Positions 32,709 through 45,076 of a stretch of 64,000 nt of DNA are shown piece by piece; within the stretch, counting starts at the first letter, position 1; every line of letters begins with the position of its first letter. The stretch is from contig BDGG01000002.1 of NCBI GenBank assembly GCA_001949185.1, positions 1,571,145-1,635,144 of the forward strand. The letters are read 5' to 3'. Source of the stretch: Ramazzottius varieornatus (Eukaryota; Animalia; Tardigrada). A program made the translations under genes and the position numbers. The notes beneath the pieces were generated by a model. It saw nothing but the letters and a program-made list of their open reading frames with translations. It ran no database searches and had not been told where the DNA came from.

Positions 32709-34652
32709 ATGGCGACCACTGTAAGGACAGCCTTCGTCAGGAACGCACCTAATACTCGCCTTCCCTTAACAAGCATCGCTCAGTTTCTCTCTCACATCAA
32801 CCAAGAACGCCTGTCGGCACTGAACCTGATCGAAGCATATCATCAGCATGTCCAGCATGCTCAAGCGGAGTCCAACGCCTACACCAGCGACCTGACCGTC
32901 AACATCGACGCACCACAAGTGCAAGCCATGCTGGATGGTCTATCACAGCCCAGGCTGATGGCTGTCCCTTTCGCCGTCAAGGATAACTTTTGCGTCCAGG
33001 AGAATATCACAAGCTGCGCCTCGCTCATGCTACAAGACTTTGTGCCTGCTTATACCGCCACCGTCGTTCAGCGCCTGTTGAACGCTGGCGCTTTGCTGGT
33101 GGGTAAGACCAACATGGATGAATTTGCCATGGGCTCCGGCTCCATTGACTCGTGGAGAGGAGCGGTGACCAACCCTTGGGACACCACGAGGATAGCTGGT
33201 GAGCCTTTTTTTCGCTAGTTTCTTTTCAGAAGGCCCAAGAACGTTTGTCCCCTGGAATTTATGAGTGGAACACCAGAACCAAAATTAAGTGTGCGTCAGT
33301 CAATCTTGAAATTTCGGATGAAAAAGCTTTCGGAAGGCGGATGGAACCAGCGACGCCTGCCCTCCGAGGCAGACGCATTGCCCGCTGCGCTACTAGTTCC
33401 ACTCCATGGAGTGGCGCAATGGTCAAGTCGTTAGACTGTTGAGCAATAGGCATGCAGTTCGAGTCGTGACAAGCGAGATTTTTGGGTGAATTAGTTTGCG
33501 GTTGCAGGTGGTAGTTCTGGCGGAAGTGCAGCAGCCGTCGCCTCTCGATCTGCCATCTTCGCTCTGGGATCCGATACAGGAGGCTCTGTGCGAAATCCCG
33601 CCAGCTATTGCGGCTTAGTAGGCTACAAGCCTTCCTACGGGCATGTCTCCCGTCATGGATTGATCCCTTTGGTTAACTCCACCGACGTACCTGCCATCTT
33701 TACTCACGTTGTGGAAGACGCTCGCACTGTTTACGATGTTATTGGTAGGTACGGGGACTTTCATAGTACATAGGGATTCTACTAATCGTTTCTACACATG
33801 CCTTTTTTTAATGTTCGCTAGCTGGCCCTGATGCCAAAGACAGCACCTGTCTTACGACTCCCCCGCCACCTCAACGAGACTCCAAACTGAACAAAGTGAA
33901 AGTCGGTATCCCGCAAGAGCTGAATGTACCAGAGTATCAGCCGTATCTGGGGTTCTGGAGAAGTGTAGCGGAGAGATTAGAAGAACATGGGGCGGAAGTG
34001 GTGCCTGTCTCCCTACCGCACTCAGAGTATGCCAACGCCTGCTACACGGTCCTATGTGCTTGTGATGTGGCCTCTAACATGGCGAGGTACGACGGTGTCG
34101 AGTTCGGGCATCGAAGCACGGCAAGTGATGTGTCGACCAATGCCATGTACGCTGCTACGAGGCACGAGGGTAGGTGGGAAATTTAACCGAATTTCTCGAC
34201 CAAATCGCCAAGCGAGACGTCTTTCCGTAGGCTTCAACGAAGTGGTGCGCGGAAGAATCCTTGCCGGTAACTTCTTCTTGCTGAAGAGAAGTCAGCAAGA
34301 GTACTTCCTCTATGCGGCGAAGGTGAGAAGGCTTATAGTGCAGGACTTTACGAAGGTTTTTGACAAAGAAGTGGATGTGCTATGTATGCCGGTAACGTTT
34401 GGCGTGGCACCAACCCTGGAAGAGTTTAAAAAGTTGGACAACCGTACGCAGCAGGAATTGCAGGACCTCTTCACGGTGGCGGCCTCGTTAGCTGGTCTGC
34501 CAGCTATCAGTGTCCCCATAGCCATGGAAGGACACCTACCGGTAGGAATACAACTGGTGGCGCCTAATCGACAAGACAATTTCTTGTTAGACGTAGCACA
34601 GCATGTGGAAAGTTTGTACAAATTTCATGAGAAGTTTTCTTTAGGTTTGTGA
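32709..34652 (+). CDS. QRSL1: Mitochondrial glutamyl-tRNA(Gln) amidotransferase subunit A
   Basis: Amidase signature [46 protein letters not shown]; plus [26 protein letters not shown] and [11 protein letters not shown]. Confidence 0.95.
33332..33400 (-). pseudogene. Degenerate tRNA-like sequence in QRSL1 intron 1
   Basis: GGAACTAGTAGCGCAGCGGGCAATGCGTCTGCCTCGGAGGGCAGGCGTCGCTGGTTCCATCCGCCTTCC: A-box-like, anticodon-like stem CTGCC/GGCAG and B-box-like GGTTC, with imperfect stems. Confidence 0.5.
33407..33476 (+). pseudogene. Degenerate tRNA-like (Asn-like) sequence in QRSL1 intron 1
   Basis: A box TGGCGCAATGG, CTGTT anticodon-loop-like segment and B box GTTCGAGTC at tRNA spacing. The stems are decayed. 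Confidence 0.5.
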
Positions 34653-35241
34653 TTTAAGGAAGTCTAAGCTGTCATGGACTGATTTCTTCGAATAACAGTT
34701 TTTATGACTAGTCCGATCTGCTTACCTGGTGAATTTATGATCGAAGTGACTGACCGTTTCAAATTTCAATGTTGGCGATAAAAAATAATCGTTCATGGAA
34801 TAAGTTTTCAGCAGACGTCGTTACGTAGGACGCCCGTATACATAACCACTGAGTCTTCCTGCATGAAGTTGCCGTTTCATGAAGACCCATTTCAAAAATC
34901 TGTATTTCTGTACATGAGCGGTTTCAAAACCTCGTTTTTTACAGAACATAGCGCACGTTGTTGTCTTTCGTTTGAGCACAAGGAAGCGCTACTTCAGCCT
35001 CCCGGTTCCTGTTTGAATTTTTGGATATTTGAATTTTCAAGATAATTTTTGAAAACCAACGTGACGTCCTTGTTAATAAAGTTTAATGTTAGAGACATTG
35101 TGAACGAGTCTTTCATTTGCGCACACTCTGCGGAACCCAATCGGATAGAACGACGTAAAGTCTCATCCTGAACCAACGTCTCGCTGGGGTCAGCCTCAGA
35201 TTCCCAATAGGAAAAGGGAAGCAAAAGGAAAGATTCAGCCG

Positions 35242-35290
35242 ATGCGCCCCTCCCTCACCCCACTGCCCGTTTCTCAGAGCCTAGGCTTAG
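35242..35290. repeat. Short dispersed repeat (inverted copy at about 7030-7077)
   Basis: TGCGCCCCTCCCTCACCCCACTGCCC is the exact reverse complement of the sequence at about 7051-7076. Confidence 0.7.
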
Positions 35291-35764
35291 CAGTTGAGAA
35301 GGTCAGTACAGTGTAGCCGTAACAATTGGACCCTCTTTTAACACAATATTTGCTGCCGCCTAGTGGGAATTACTGCAAACAATTTGCTGTCGACATGTCC
35401 TCGTAAAGGTTCCTCCAAGCGCATGGTATACATCGGCTGGTCTGATGAGCGGGTATTGCTTTTGTTTTTGTTATCATCAAGCGAGTACTTTCATACCACC
35501 TAAAGAACATTCCAAATGTCTGAATAATAATCCCCAGAACAACTTTGCCTTGTTTTTATGTGGGGAACCTAGCTAGCCAGGACAAAACTGACAAAAAACG
35601 ATTTCTCAGACATACTAAATTTTCGTATAAAGACAAAGTGAACAAGGACAAAGCCAATAAACTGTCAAAGCACGAGTACCTAATCTGTCAGAAACTGCCG
35701 GCTTGCAAGGTGGCACAAAGTACCGTATTCAAACACTACAAGAGTCGTGCGAAAAGGGGTCAGT

Positions 35765-36777
35765 TTACTTCTTGGACTGGGATACTTTCTCGGACTGGGA
35801 CACGGTGGTGCTACCAGAAATCGTGTGGCCTACTGCTGACTCGAACGTGACTTGAGCCTACGAACCAACCAGACATGTCAGATAAAGAGCAAAGTTCGTC
35901 GCAAGACAGCACACAAACTCACATCGGTGGCCATTTTGCTCTTCTCGAGAGCATCTTGAGCCAGCTTGGCTTCTCGGTCCAACTCGCGCTGCAAGACATC
36001 ATTTGAATTATGCAGTAATGGAAAGACCCAGGCACGGCGGAAAGAAAGCAAAGTGAGCAACAATACCTTGGCCATCATAGCCTCCAGCTCAACCTGTTTC
36101 TTCTGGTTGTCGATTGTCCCTGCAAGACAACACCAGGGTTATTTTCCACCTCCCATGGCCACATTAAACTAGCTCAGTAGTAAGGCATCAGTCAGAAAAG
36201 AGAAAATGATATCAAAGCAAAACCGGTCCAGATAATAAGCCGGCAAGTTGATGAGTCGGTACTCTAGGCTCTGGCAGGAAAATTATACCGATCCGCACAT
36301 GGTAAACCAACTGGGCGTACCTTGAACCAGGGACTTGCGGAACTCAACGTCTCGTTGATGTTGCTTCTCTAGTTCCCGTCGAAGACGTTCCGCCTCAGCT
36401 TCGGCTTGCTTTCGGTAAGCCTCGGTCTTGCCTTCAATATCCTTCTGGTGGCGTTGGTTGATGGCTTCCAGTTCGCGCTCGTATCGTTCGCGGTCCTTGC
36501 GGGCCTCGGCTTCCATCTCAGGGGTCATTTGGACATGGGCTTCGGTGGACTGGCCGGAGACTCGCGCAGCCGAGGCGGTGAAACCTTGACCGACCATCTG
36601 CTCACTGAGACCAGCAGCGCTGGTCGAGATGACTGGAGGAGGGACATTGGGAACGTTGGTGCGGACATCGGTGTGTGTGTAGCTGGTGTTCTGCTCTTGG
36701 ACGTGCTGGCTCGACTGTCCAGACTGGCCAGACGACTGGTGGCTGGATGATGAGTGTTCCGAAGCTCGCTGAGACAT
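35765..36777 (-). CDS. CAHS: Cytosolic-abundant heat-soluble (CAHS) protein, tardigrade desiccation-tolerance IDP (~222 aa)
   Basis: Exons 36777-36321, 36119-36067, 35988-35923, 35857-35765. Motifs [89 protein letters not shown]. From memory it is close to Ramazzottius CAHS2; paralogue identity not verified. Confidence 0.93.
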
Positions 36778-36887
36778 GGCGGTATATGGGCAGTAAGAGG
36801 GATGAATCGGTGAAAGGCAAACAGGGAACGAGGAAGTCTTTGCAGATCGAAGAATTTCACTGGGTGGATTATGTTTTCACCACCGAA

Positions 36888-36895
36888 GTTTTATA
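36888..36895 (-). promoter_or_regulatory. TATA box of the CAHS gene
   Basis: TATAAAA on the minus strand about 115 bp upstream of the ATG. Confidence 0.55.
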
Positions 36896-39410
36896 CGGTG
36901 GCGGAGAGTTCAAACAAAGGTAAAGTCCAATGCGCTTCGGGCTATTTTTCCCTGTGCCGGCTCGGGCGGCGTGTCATGGCTGGAATTCCCCACGTACAAA
37001 TAAGCCGCGCACGCGAGGAATGCGGCCCGACACAACTTTTGCCTAACGGACACTTTATTCTTTGAGGATGTTGTCTCTTCATACGCGCCGCAGACTCCCT
37101 TGTACAACCTAGTTGACCTGTTGTCCGTACTCCAAAGTTCCCTGAGCAAAGGTCCCTAAGCATTTTCATGACGGGGTTGCACTACTGTTGGGTCGCGATC
37201 AGATTACTGTGCGAGTAGTGTGAAGGTAGACAGAAAGAACGTCAAGGCGTCAAACCGTGATTTCATCGTTGCTGGCAGCTATCAGATGGATGCTCTAACG
37301 AGAACAACCACGCATTCCGATCGTGATACGGCATTTCCCTTCGATACACCGTCCAGACAATCGGGGAACGAAGTAGCGCTGCCTGGCTTGAGACTTTCAT
37401 TTCCTTCGACAACTTCAACTCCATTCTACGGTGGGCGGAACAATTGCTGCGGAAAATCATAAGAGAGTATTCGTTAATGACGTCAGGTTTTGATATTAGG
37501 AGGCCTGATTCTGCCTGAACATCCCCTCCAATGTCAGGCAATTCAAGCAATCAACTGTCTTTCATAAGACTGCTGTCAGATTTTAGGTACCCATGATCCC
37601 TCCCTGGGTACCTGAGGTCAGTAATGCAGGCCTGCACTAGCGCTCGGCCCTAGGGTGTCGCGCCTAATATCGTATATCAAACCAAACCATTTAAAAATAA
37701 AATTTAAAAAAATTCTAACATTCAAACTGCACATTCAAGCACTCAAATTGCTCCTCGATTTAAGCATAGTATTCGAAAAGAGATACGTTTTCTCGATTCA
37801 CATTGAGGCAAGACCCGCCCTTACTTTTGCATTCGACAAAGAGTAAAATTTAAGACATGATACTACAGAAACAAGGAAAATACAACTGCAGGAACTGTCG
37901 GCCAGAGGTCGGAAGATTTTCGCGTTTTCGTCGGAAAAAACAGCGGTCTAGCAGGTAATGATCGCTTTGTACTCGAAAATCCTTGAGAATATGGATATTT
38001 CCATATCATCTGGACCACAGCTAACACGGAATCCGCTGCCTCAAACAACTTCAAAATTTGTCTCAACAACATTCTGCGTAACATCGCCAGATTACTGATT
38101 CAAGCTATGCATCTGCTCATTCCATGGAATTTTTAGCAGCTGTTTTTGGATATCGGCTGATACATCTGACAAAGGCATAGGCTAAGTTTCGATGCCCTAC
38201 CAGCACTGCAGGAAGGTTATTCACAGATTGTGCTGTGGATTCACCCAGAAGTTGATTCCTGTATGATAACGCGAGATACGGAAGTAACGGACCTACGTCG
38301 CTGCGATGACACAAACAGTTTTGGTTAAAAGTTTCGATTGATCACAAAATTCTGGGCCAAATATTGAGATGTTTTATCAAGTGGTGTACGAGCAGCTGAA
38401 CCTAACTTTGTCCGCTGGTTGAAACTTTGTACACTGCGTCAAACATACGTCGCAAGTCTGAAGTGCCTACGAACAGCTCGTTACGCGGTGCAGAAAGCTT
38501 TAGCCAGTGGACAAAGTCAGGTCCAGCCCCTCGTACCATCGTGCATGTACAACGCACTCTGGTAGTCCGCTTTGTGCCGCAGTATCAAAACACCTGGTTG
38601 GTAAAAAACATGCACTTAAAGAGCTTTACCTAACGGGCGTCGACTTAAAGCGAATACTTCCGTATCCCACAGTATATCATGTATCGTCCAGGTTTTCTCT
38701 CTTGAATAAGTTCACTGTACGAACTGTGGAGGAAGCTTTCTTCTATCGTCTTGTAATATCACAACATTCAGGGGCGTTTAGTGAACTTCATACGATGGCA
38801 ATATTGAGACGCTGGCAACAAAAACGAAGTGAATGGATTCGAAAACAAATCTGCTACACTAATCAGCCAGAGAATTTCTTTTCGAAGCTTTCTCCGACAT
38901 TTCGGTGATGACCACCTGGGCACTAGTAATGGCACAAATTTGAATGGACTCAGAAGAAATATTCCTCCAGCTGTACACAACGGCGATATCAGAAGTGCGA
39001 AAACGACAGGGGCATCGACACTCTCGTTCCTGCTCATAAACGGCAAGCGAGCCCCTTAGGACTGCATTTGATTGTCACTCTTTCTCGACCACCGTCTGTT
39101 TTCGCCAATCTTGCAAACATCGCTGGGGGACTATGGAGAGTATATGGACTCTGACCCCGCTAACCCGGTCCAGTTTCCAGCGGTGGCAGCAGTGGTAGGC
39201 ACTCTGGACACCATGCAGTGTACGAGTTACACGGCCAGCCCTCTGTCAGGTTCACTGCACGTATGACCACGATATCTGTGAGCGGACTGAAATCTGCAAG
39301 TCATGGTTGATTTAGCGGTCACAATGGAATTAAGGGCATTACAGAACTATCGGCTGGCGGTTCTATCTACCTTTTACTGCTCTTTTTGCGAGAGGATATA
39401 TTGATATGCT

Positions 39411-39540
39411 AATTTTATTAAAGACACCCTGATTATTATTTTCTGGCACCCCTTCCACCCTGCCAGAGGCACCTCTCTCGTCTAGGGTGGAAACTTGGAA
39501 AGGTGGAAATTCCTATATCAGCAGAGCTCTAGGGTGGGAA
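39411..39540. repeat. Dispersed repeat (inverted copy at about 50480-50600)
   Basis: TGGCACCCCTTCCACCCTGCCAGAGGCACCTCTCTCGTCTAGGGTGGAAA matches the reverse complement of about 50515-50567. Confidence 0.7.
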
Positions 39541-40169
39541 AAAAGACACCAAGGACACCTCTAGTGCAGGCGTGCAGTAATGAATGCTGCCTATATTGGC
39601 GCAGCAGTCACATTGGCCGTGACACCCATTTTCAGTAGACCACGTATTTACCACCGAGATTATGTAGTAACTTAGTCTTATACAGTTTTTCTTTGCCACT
39701 TGAGCATGTAGCATTGTAACCTACAGGTATTTATATGAGTGGGTGCCAATAGAAAATGGAAACTTGGCAGGTCGTGCGGGCCAACTCATTACGTCCATTG
39801 ACACGACGTACTAGAAATCAATATTTTTCGAACTACAATCTCAATGTTATTGTACAAAAAGCAAAAAGCAGAGCACTTCCAGTATTACTGCCAATCCTAC
39901 AAACACTGAAAACAAGAATGAAGCTACCAAATATGAAGCTAGAGTTCCTCCTCTAGGTCGGCCACGGCTTCCTCTGCGTAGTGTTCATTCACTCTCCGCT
40001 GTATCATCCTACTGCCCGTGCTGACAGAGCATTAAAAACCTAAATTCTGACAGAAACAAAAGCTTCTAAGTGGAACAACGATACACACAGAAATCCCTGC
40101 TGAAGTAACAGAAACCCTTGTTGAATTAACAGAAACAAATCAGAAAACAAAACGTTCTTCTGTTGGGGG

Positions 40170-40386
40170 CCGCGCTATCAGACTTCCCGTGTGACCTGTC
40201 AGCTGTTTCTTAACGCAAAACTGACGTCACAAGAGGGGAGCCTGGGCAGGCCCTGGGGTGGTCCAATGGGGCATCCTTAGGGTGTGAAGGGTAACGCAGG
40301 TCACCCTAGTAGAAATGTGGGTGTGTCGTCAACGTGATGTCAGAAACGTCGCCTGTCAAGGTCACAAGGGAAGTCTGACAGCGCGG
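40170..40386. mobile_element. About 217-bp MITE-like element
   Basis: Imperfect TIR of about 40 bp, CCGCGCTATCAGACTTCCCGTGTGACCT / AGGTCACAAGGGAAGTCTGACAGCGCGG. Confidence 0.65.
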
Positions 40387-41075
40387 ACGGCACTGGTAAT
40401 TTTCCATAAAGCAACCTCCTGTCTAATGTACCATAGAATCTTGTTTCATTCAAATGTAACCGTCCCTTTATGATGTCTTTCAACACCATTTCTTGCCAAT
40501 TGTTTATTGAAACAACCGACCGATTTTTATTTAAAACAAAGTTCAGGATCCACGGGATCCAATCACGGCATCCTGCGAGCGAACCTAAGGCGAGCGAACA
40601 GCTTGCTCGAACGGTTATCAATACTGACATTCCTTCTTGCCAGCTGTTGTAGGTGAACCAGGACATGTATTGTGCTTCTCGATCGTATCTAACAGAAGCA
40701 ATGCTACCGTGAGGAACATATGCGGTGCCGGCGACAAGCCGCGGAAGAACTAAATGCACGTTACAGAAGGTTTCACCGTTGTCCCAAGCGGATGTACTGT
40801 TGGCCACCGCTGATCCATTACCAATCACCACTTTGACCGAACAGAATATACTGGTTCCATTCGCGCTCTTTATTGTCGCCCTGGAGAATTGGGTGTGCAC
40901 AGAACAGCTATGTAGCAGGCCTAGGTGCGCTACAAAACAACCAGTCAACGAGGTACAGTATATCGCTCTGCAGAATCTAACTCATCAACAATAAAACAAC
41001 TTTCCCTGCAAAACTATACACTGAAAGACTGCACCAAACTTTCCTCTACAAGAACCGAAAACATCCCTCCCTTTT

Positions 41076-41567
41076 CTAACCACCCCAGCCGACTTGTTGG
41101 ACGACCGGCCGTTGGATGGCTCCCCATCCCTGCTGCACGACGGGTCGTTGGATGACAGGCTGAGCGTTCCATCCGGACTGTACAGGTTGTACCATTGGCT
41201 GTCCCCATCCTTGCTGGCCGACGAGACCTCCACCAAGTCCTCCACCCAGACCGCCCAAACCTCCGCCCAAACCTCCGCCCAAACCTCCGCCCAAACCACC
41301 TCCAAGTCCACCCAGTCCCCCGATGCCGGGAAGCCCTGCCAAGCCGAGTCCAGCCAGGTTGCCTCCGCCGAATCCACCCAAACCTCCGCCGATTCCGCCG
41401 AGACCTCCTCCGAAGCCTCCGAACTGTGCCTGAGCAAGGCTAGAGAGCACCAATCCACAAGCCAAGTAAACCTGCGAGATGATAAAGAATATTAGGCTCA
41501 GCCTGGTCATTCTGACACGACGAGCCGAATGCAGAAGAGAAAAATACCGTACCGCGAAGTGGGCCAT
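41076..41567 (-). CDS. Secreted Gly-rich protein (GGGL repeats plus QQGWG/IQRPVV repeats), ~136 aa
   Basis: Exon 41567-41553 (MAHFA), intron, then exon from 41471 (VYLACGLVLSSLAQAQ FGGFGGGLGG...). TATAAAA at about 41719-41725. It may instead splice at 41080 to a last exon 40020-40004 (ARAVG*). Confidence 0.75.
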   Translation of the reverse strand: MAHFAVRYFSLLHSARRVRMTRLSLIFFIISQVYLACGLVLSSLAQAQFGGFGGGLGGIGGGLGGFGGGNLAGLGLAGLPGIGGLGGLGGGLGGGLGGGLGGGLGGLGGGLGGGLVGQQGWGQPMVQPVQSGWNAQPVIQRPVVQQGWGAIQRPVVQQVGWGG

Positions 41568-42983
41568 AATGGAGGTTGATGGAACACGGCAGCTTTGTAA
41601 ACACGAAACAACTCTGGACTATTTCAAGCTAAATGTGCTTGCGAAATTCAGAGAGGCTCTTTTTGACCGAGAAGCTTAAAGGGTTAACATAACGATGATC
41701 AGTGACCGTGGTTCTTCGTTTTATACTCCAGCTCGCATAGACGTTGTCTGCGAAAAAGTGAAAGTGCCACAGGGCTGGAATCTTCTGCAACCGACAGTAC
41801 TATTAATACAATCGTCTAAATAAAGTAAGACACATAGTAGCTTTAGTCTTTTTTTGCACTAAACAAAACCTTAACCCCTTTTACGTATTCAGCTCTTTCA
41901 GGCTTGGGACATTTCATCATGTGGTTTGTTTTCCCCTCTTCCATGATTTCTTCGCTTCCAAAACAAAGTGACCGAAAGAAAGTGAATTTCGTTGCCTACT
42001 CAGTTATTTGCGACCTCGTGAACTTACCTTCGTTTCGCCTTCGAAGAAACACTGATTGTTCACTGTGATCCCAATTTTCGAACTAAGCAAATTCAGACAG
42101 AGTTCTCAACAGGCTTTCGCTTTCTATTCGGAGCTGCAAAACCGAACAGAAAGTACAGAGAGCAGAAAGCTGGTTTCGATCACGTATTCCCTTCTTTTAT
42201 TCATGTAAAGACAAGCATAGCGTAGAACCGCACGACGCGAAACCCCTTCCCGTACCCAAAGATATCTGTTATTTGAAATGTCGGTCAAGTTTATTTAACC
42301 AGATCGTTTTCCCACGTGGCGCACGGTCACAGCCGCTAACAACGGAAAATGTCGTCACTTCAGACGACGAGTTAGGTAAATTCACTTGCAGTAGTCCAAT
42401 TTTGCAGTTCCTTTGCCTCCATTTACCGCCGTCAAGGCCGCGCCGGATCCACTCAGACTGCGCAAAACGATCGGACCTGTGTCGCCGGAGATACTGTCAA
42501 ATGAGTCCTTCGGAAGAACTGTCTGAAGATATCTGCCGCTGTACTTTTAACTACCGATCATTTCAGACACATCGTACATTCGGACCGTATGTCATTGATT
42601 AAACTACCGATCATTGCGGTCTACGTCGCACGCGTGTAGTAAAATACTAAAGTACTTCCGTAAAGCCCACTTGGTTTTCCAAACCGAAAGCCGCTCCCGT
42701 GTCTTCCTGATGGTCGTCATCTTCGGTGAGTACATGAAGAAAAAGAATACTTGAAAGTTTTCAGATTTCTATCCTGGGAGTTACTTTCAAGCTAGTCTTC
42801 GGCATCCACGGTCAAAGTTCACTGTCCCTGCGGGAATTTTGCCGGTGTTCTACATGAATACACTTTACGACTACCCATGAAACACAGAGTCCAGAAACAC
42901 CGATAGTCTTCATTTCTTTTCCGTCAGTTTACACAGAAAAGCCAGGTGGTTTTACACTACATCAGGGCAATCAAGCAAGAAAC

Positions 42984-44529
42984 TTAGGCAGACGCCTTAT
43001 TCTTTTGCGCTAAGCGTTGATCGCGTTCTTCGGCGATGCTCAAACGAATACCCCCTCCGCGTGGCAGACTGACGTAAGGCTTGTTGCCTTTTCCAATCAC
43101 GAAAACGTAGTTTAACCTGCAAACAGGAAAACGACGCACGGTCAAAACAGTATTCGCAAAGCAGACCGAATGTACCAGTCACCAATAACGCGCACCAACA
43201 CCTCATGCACCTGCGTACCACTAAAGCTATAACCGATCGGTATGCATGTGAATGAACAGCGTGTTTACTGGAGTCCTAATTTGAAGATTTATCAGACCAA
43301 AAATCTGGGAAACTTTGTAAGAAACGAAACAGCACCTCACCTTGTGGCAAAAGTGTGTCCCGCCGAATCACGGATATGGATGATGTCGAATGAGCCGGGA
43401 TGTCTTTCGCGGTTGGTTATGATGCCGACTCGACCCAAGTTGTGACCACCAGTCACCATACACAAGTTGCCCACTTCAAACTTGATGAAATCCACGATCT
43501 TGGATGTGGCAATGTCCACCTGGATGGTGTCAGCGTTCTTCACCAGCGGATCGGGGTAGCGAATGGTCCGGCCGTCGTTGGTCACCAAAAACGGAACTCC
43601 TTTGGGACCCATCCCTAATTTCCGTACTCTGCACAACTTGTACTACAAAGAAGGAAAAACACTTCATGATGCTACGTCTTCGTTCAAATTTACAAACGTA
43701 CAGACAGAAAGCAAAAGAGCGAGCAGGAGAGTGCTCCAAAAACACAGCAAGAATATCCAGTGTCAGGGCCGTGCCCAACCAGGCAATGAACAGGGCCGTG
43801 CTTACTGTGCCGCAATCAACACGGTCGTGCAATCAAGCGATCAAATGTGATCTACGCGGGGACAGCTAATCAATCAATCATCGAAAGAAAGACCAACCTG
43901 AGCTTCTTCCGGAGTGATACGATGAACGGCAAATCTTCCCTTGTTGTCGTAAATCAGTCTGAAATTCTCGTTAGTCTTCTCGATGCTAATCACATCTGCA
44001 AGGTTGAGGATAAGACTTACAAAACGCTCGGAAGATTAAAAAGTAGAATATACCCATAAAGCCGGCAGGGTAGGTTGGATCGGTGCGGACTTTGCCGTCG
44101 ACTTTGATGAGACGCTGCATCAAAATCTTCTTGACTTCATCTCCGGTCAGAGCGTAGTTCAGGCGGTTTCGAAGGAAAACGATGAGGGGTAGACATTCTC
44201 GAAGCTTGTGCGGACCGCAACTTGGACGAGGAGCCTAGAATTCAAATGGAAGAAGGGACAGTCTGAAGGGGAGTCTTCAGACGAGAAGGAAAGAAAGACA
44301 GCAGAGATTTATAGTGTAAAAAGTCATACAAAGACTCCACCGAGCTTGTCCAACATCCAGTGCTTGGGCGCATTCAAGCGTTTTAGATGCTTCTTGGGAC
44401 CTCGAGCCTACAAACACAAGAAAAACATTCTAATCCGGAACTGAGCAGGATAAAATCACATCGCTGAATTCAAAAAAATCGGCGATCATTAACAGTTCTC
44501 TACCGCGTCATCCCTCCGAACCTTACCAT
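42984..44529 (-). CDS. RPS4: 40S ribosomal protein S4 (eS4), 6 exons
   Basis: M|[26 protein letters not shown]|[17 protein letters not shown]...[15 protein letters not shown]|D...[10 protein letters not shown]...[13 protein letters not shown]|[13 protein letters not shown]. Confidence 0.97.
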
Positions 44530-45076
44530 TTTCCCGACTTATGATCCTGAGAAAGTGAAGGGGTGATCCACAAAGCAATCCCTCTAGATCAGAACTACTA
44601 GTTGAGCTACAGAACGATCATCCAGAATCCAGACGCACGATCTTGTTCTGCGGCGAAGCGGTGTCTTTTGCCGGAAATCAAAATTCCGATTATCAGTTTA
44701 ATTCATTTATACAGTATGGCTCCAAAAGTGGGGCGGCGGTACGCGTGTTACATCTGCGTATTTATGCTATCAAGTTGCTACATCACGTTTACAGGCGGAG
44801 TTAGCCAGTCACAAAGTAACATCATTTGAGAAAAAGATCTGTATTCGGTGGTAGTCCGTTCCGTGCCAGCGTACGCTCCGTCCACACTTGCGCTGAGTGC
44901 TGTGCTGTAGTCAAGTGGCTATGACAGGTGGCTGTTGGTTGATTAGGGACCTGCGTTGATCGGCCAATCTCACCGATGGCTAAACTTGTCCTGGTGTTCT
45001 TCCCATTGTCTTCGTTTTAATTCTGTAGTATCTCTGCCGCGAGATCTGTTTCTTGGGAGGAACGGAAGGGATCGAC

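Noticed and set aside
35441-35524. CTGATGA...CTGA as a hammerhead ribozyme or C/D snoRNA
   Set aside because: There is no GAAA core with stems, no terminal stem and no recognisable guide, and the site is intergenic.
40340-40948. 202-aa minus-strand ORF
   Set aside because: It has a non-ATG start, no recognisable motif, and runs into a MITE.
40985-41495. WAEV and AQTS repeat ORFs
   Set aside because: These are alternative-frame and antisense shadows of the Gly-rich gene.
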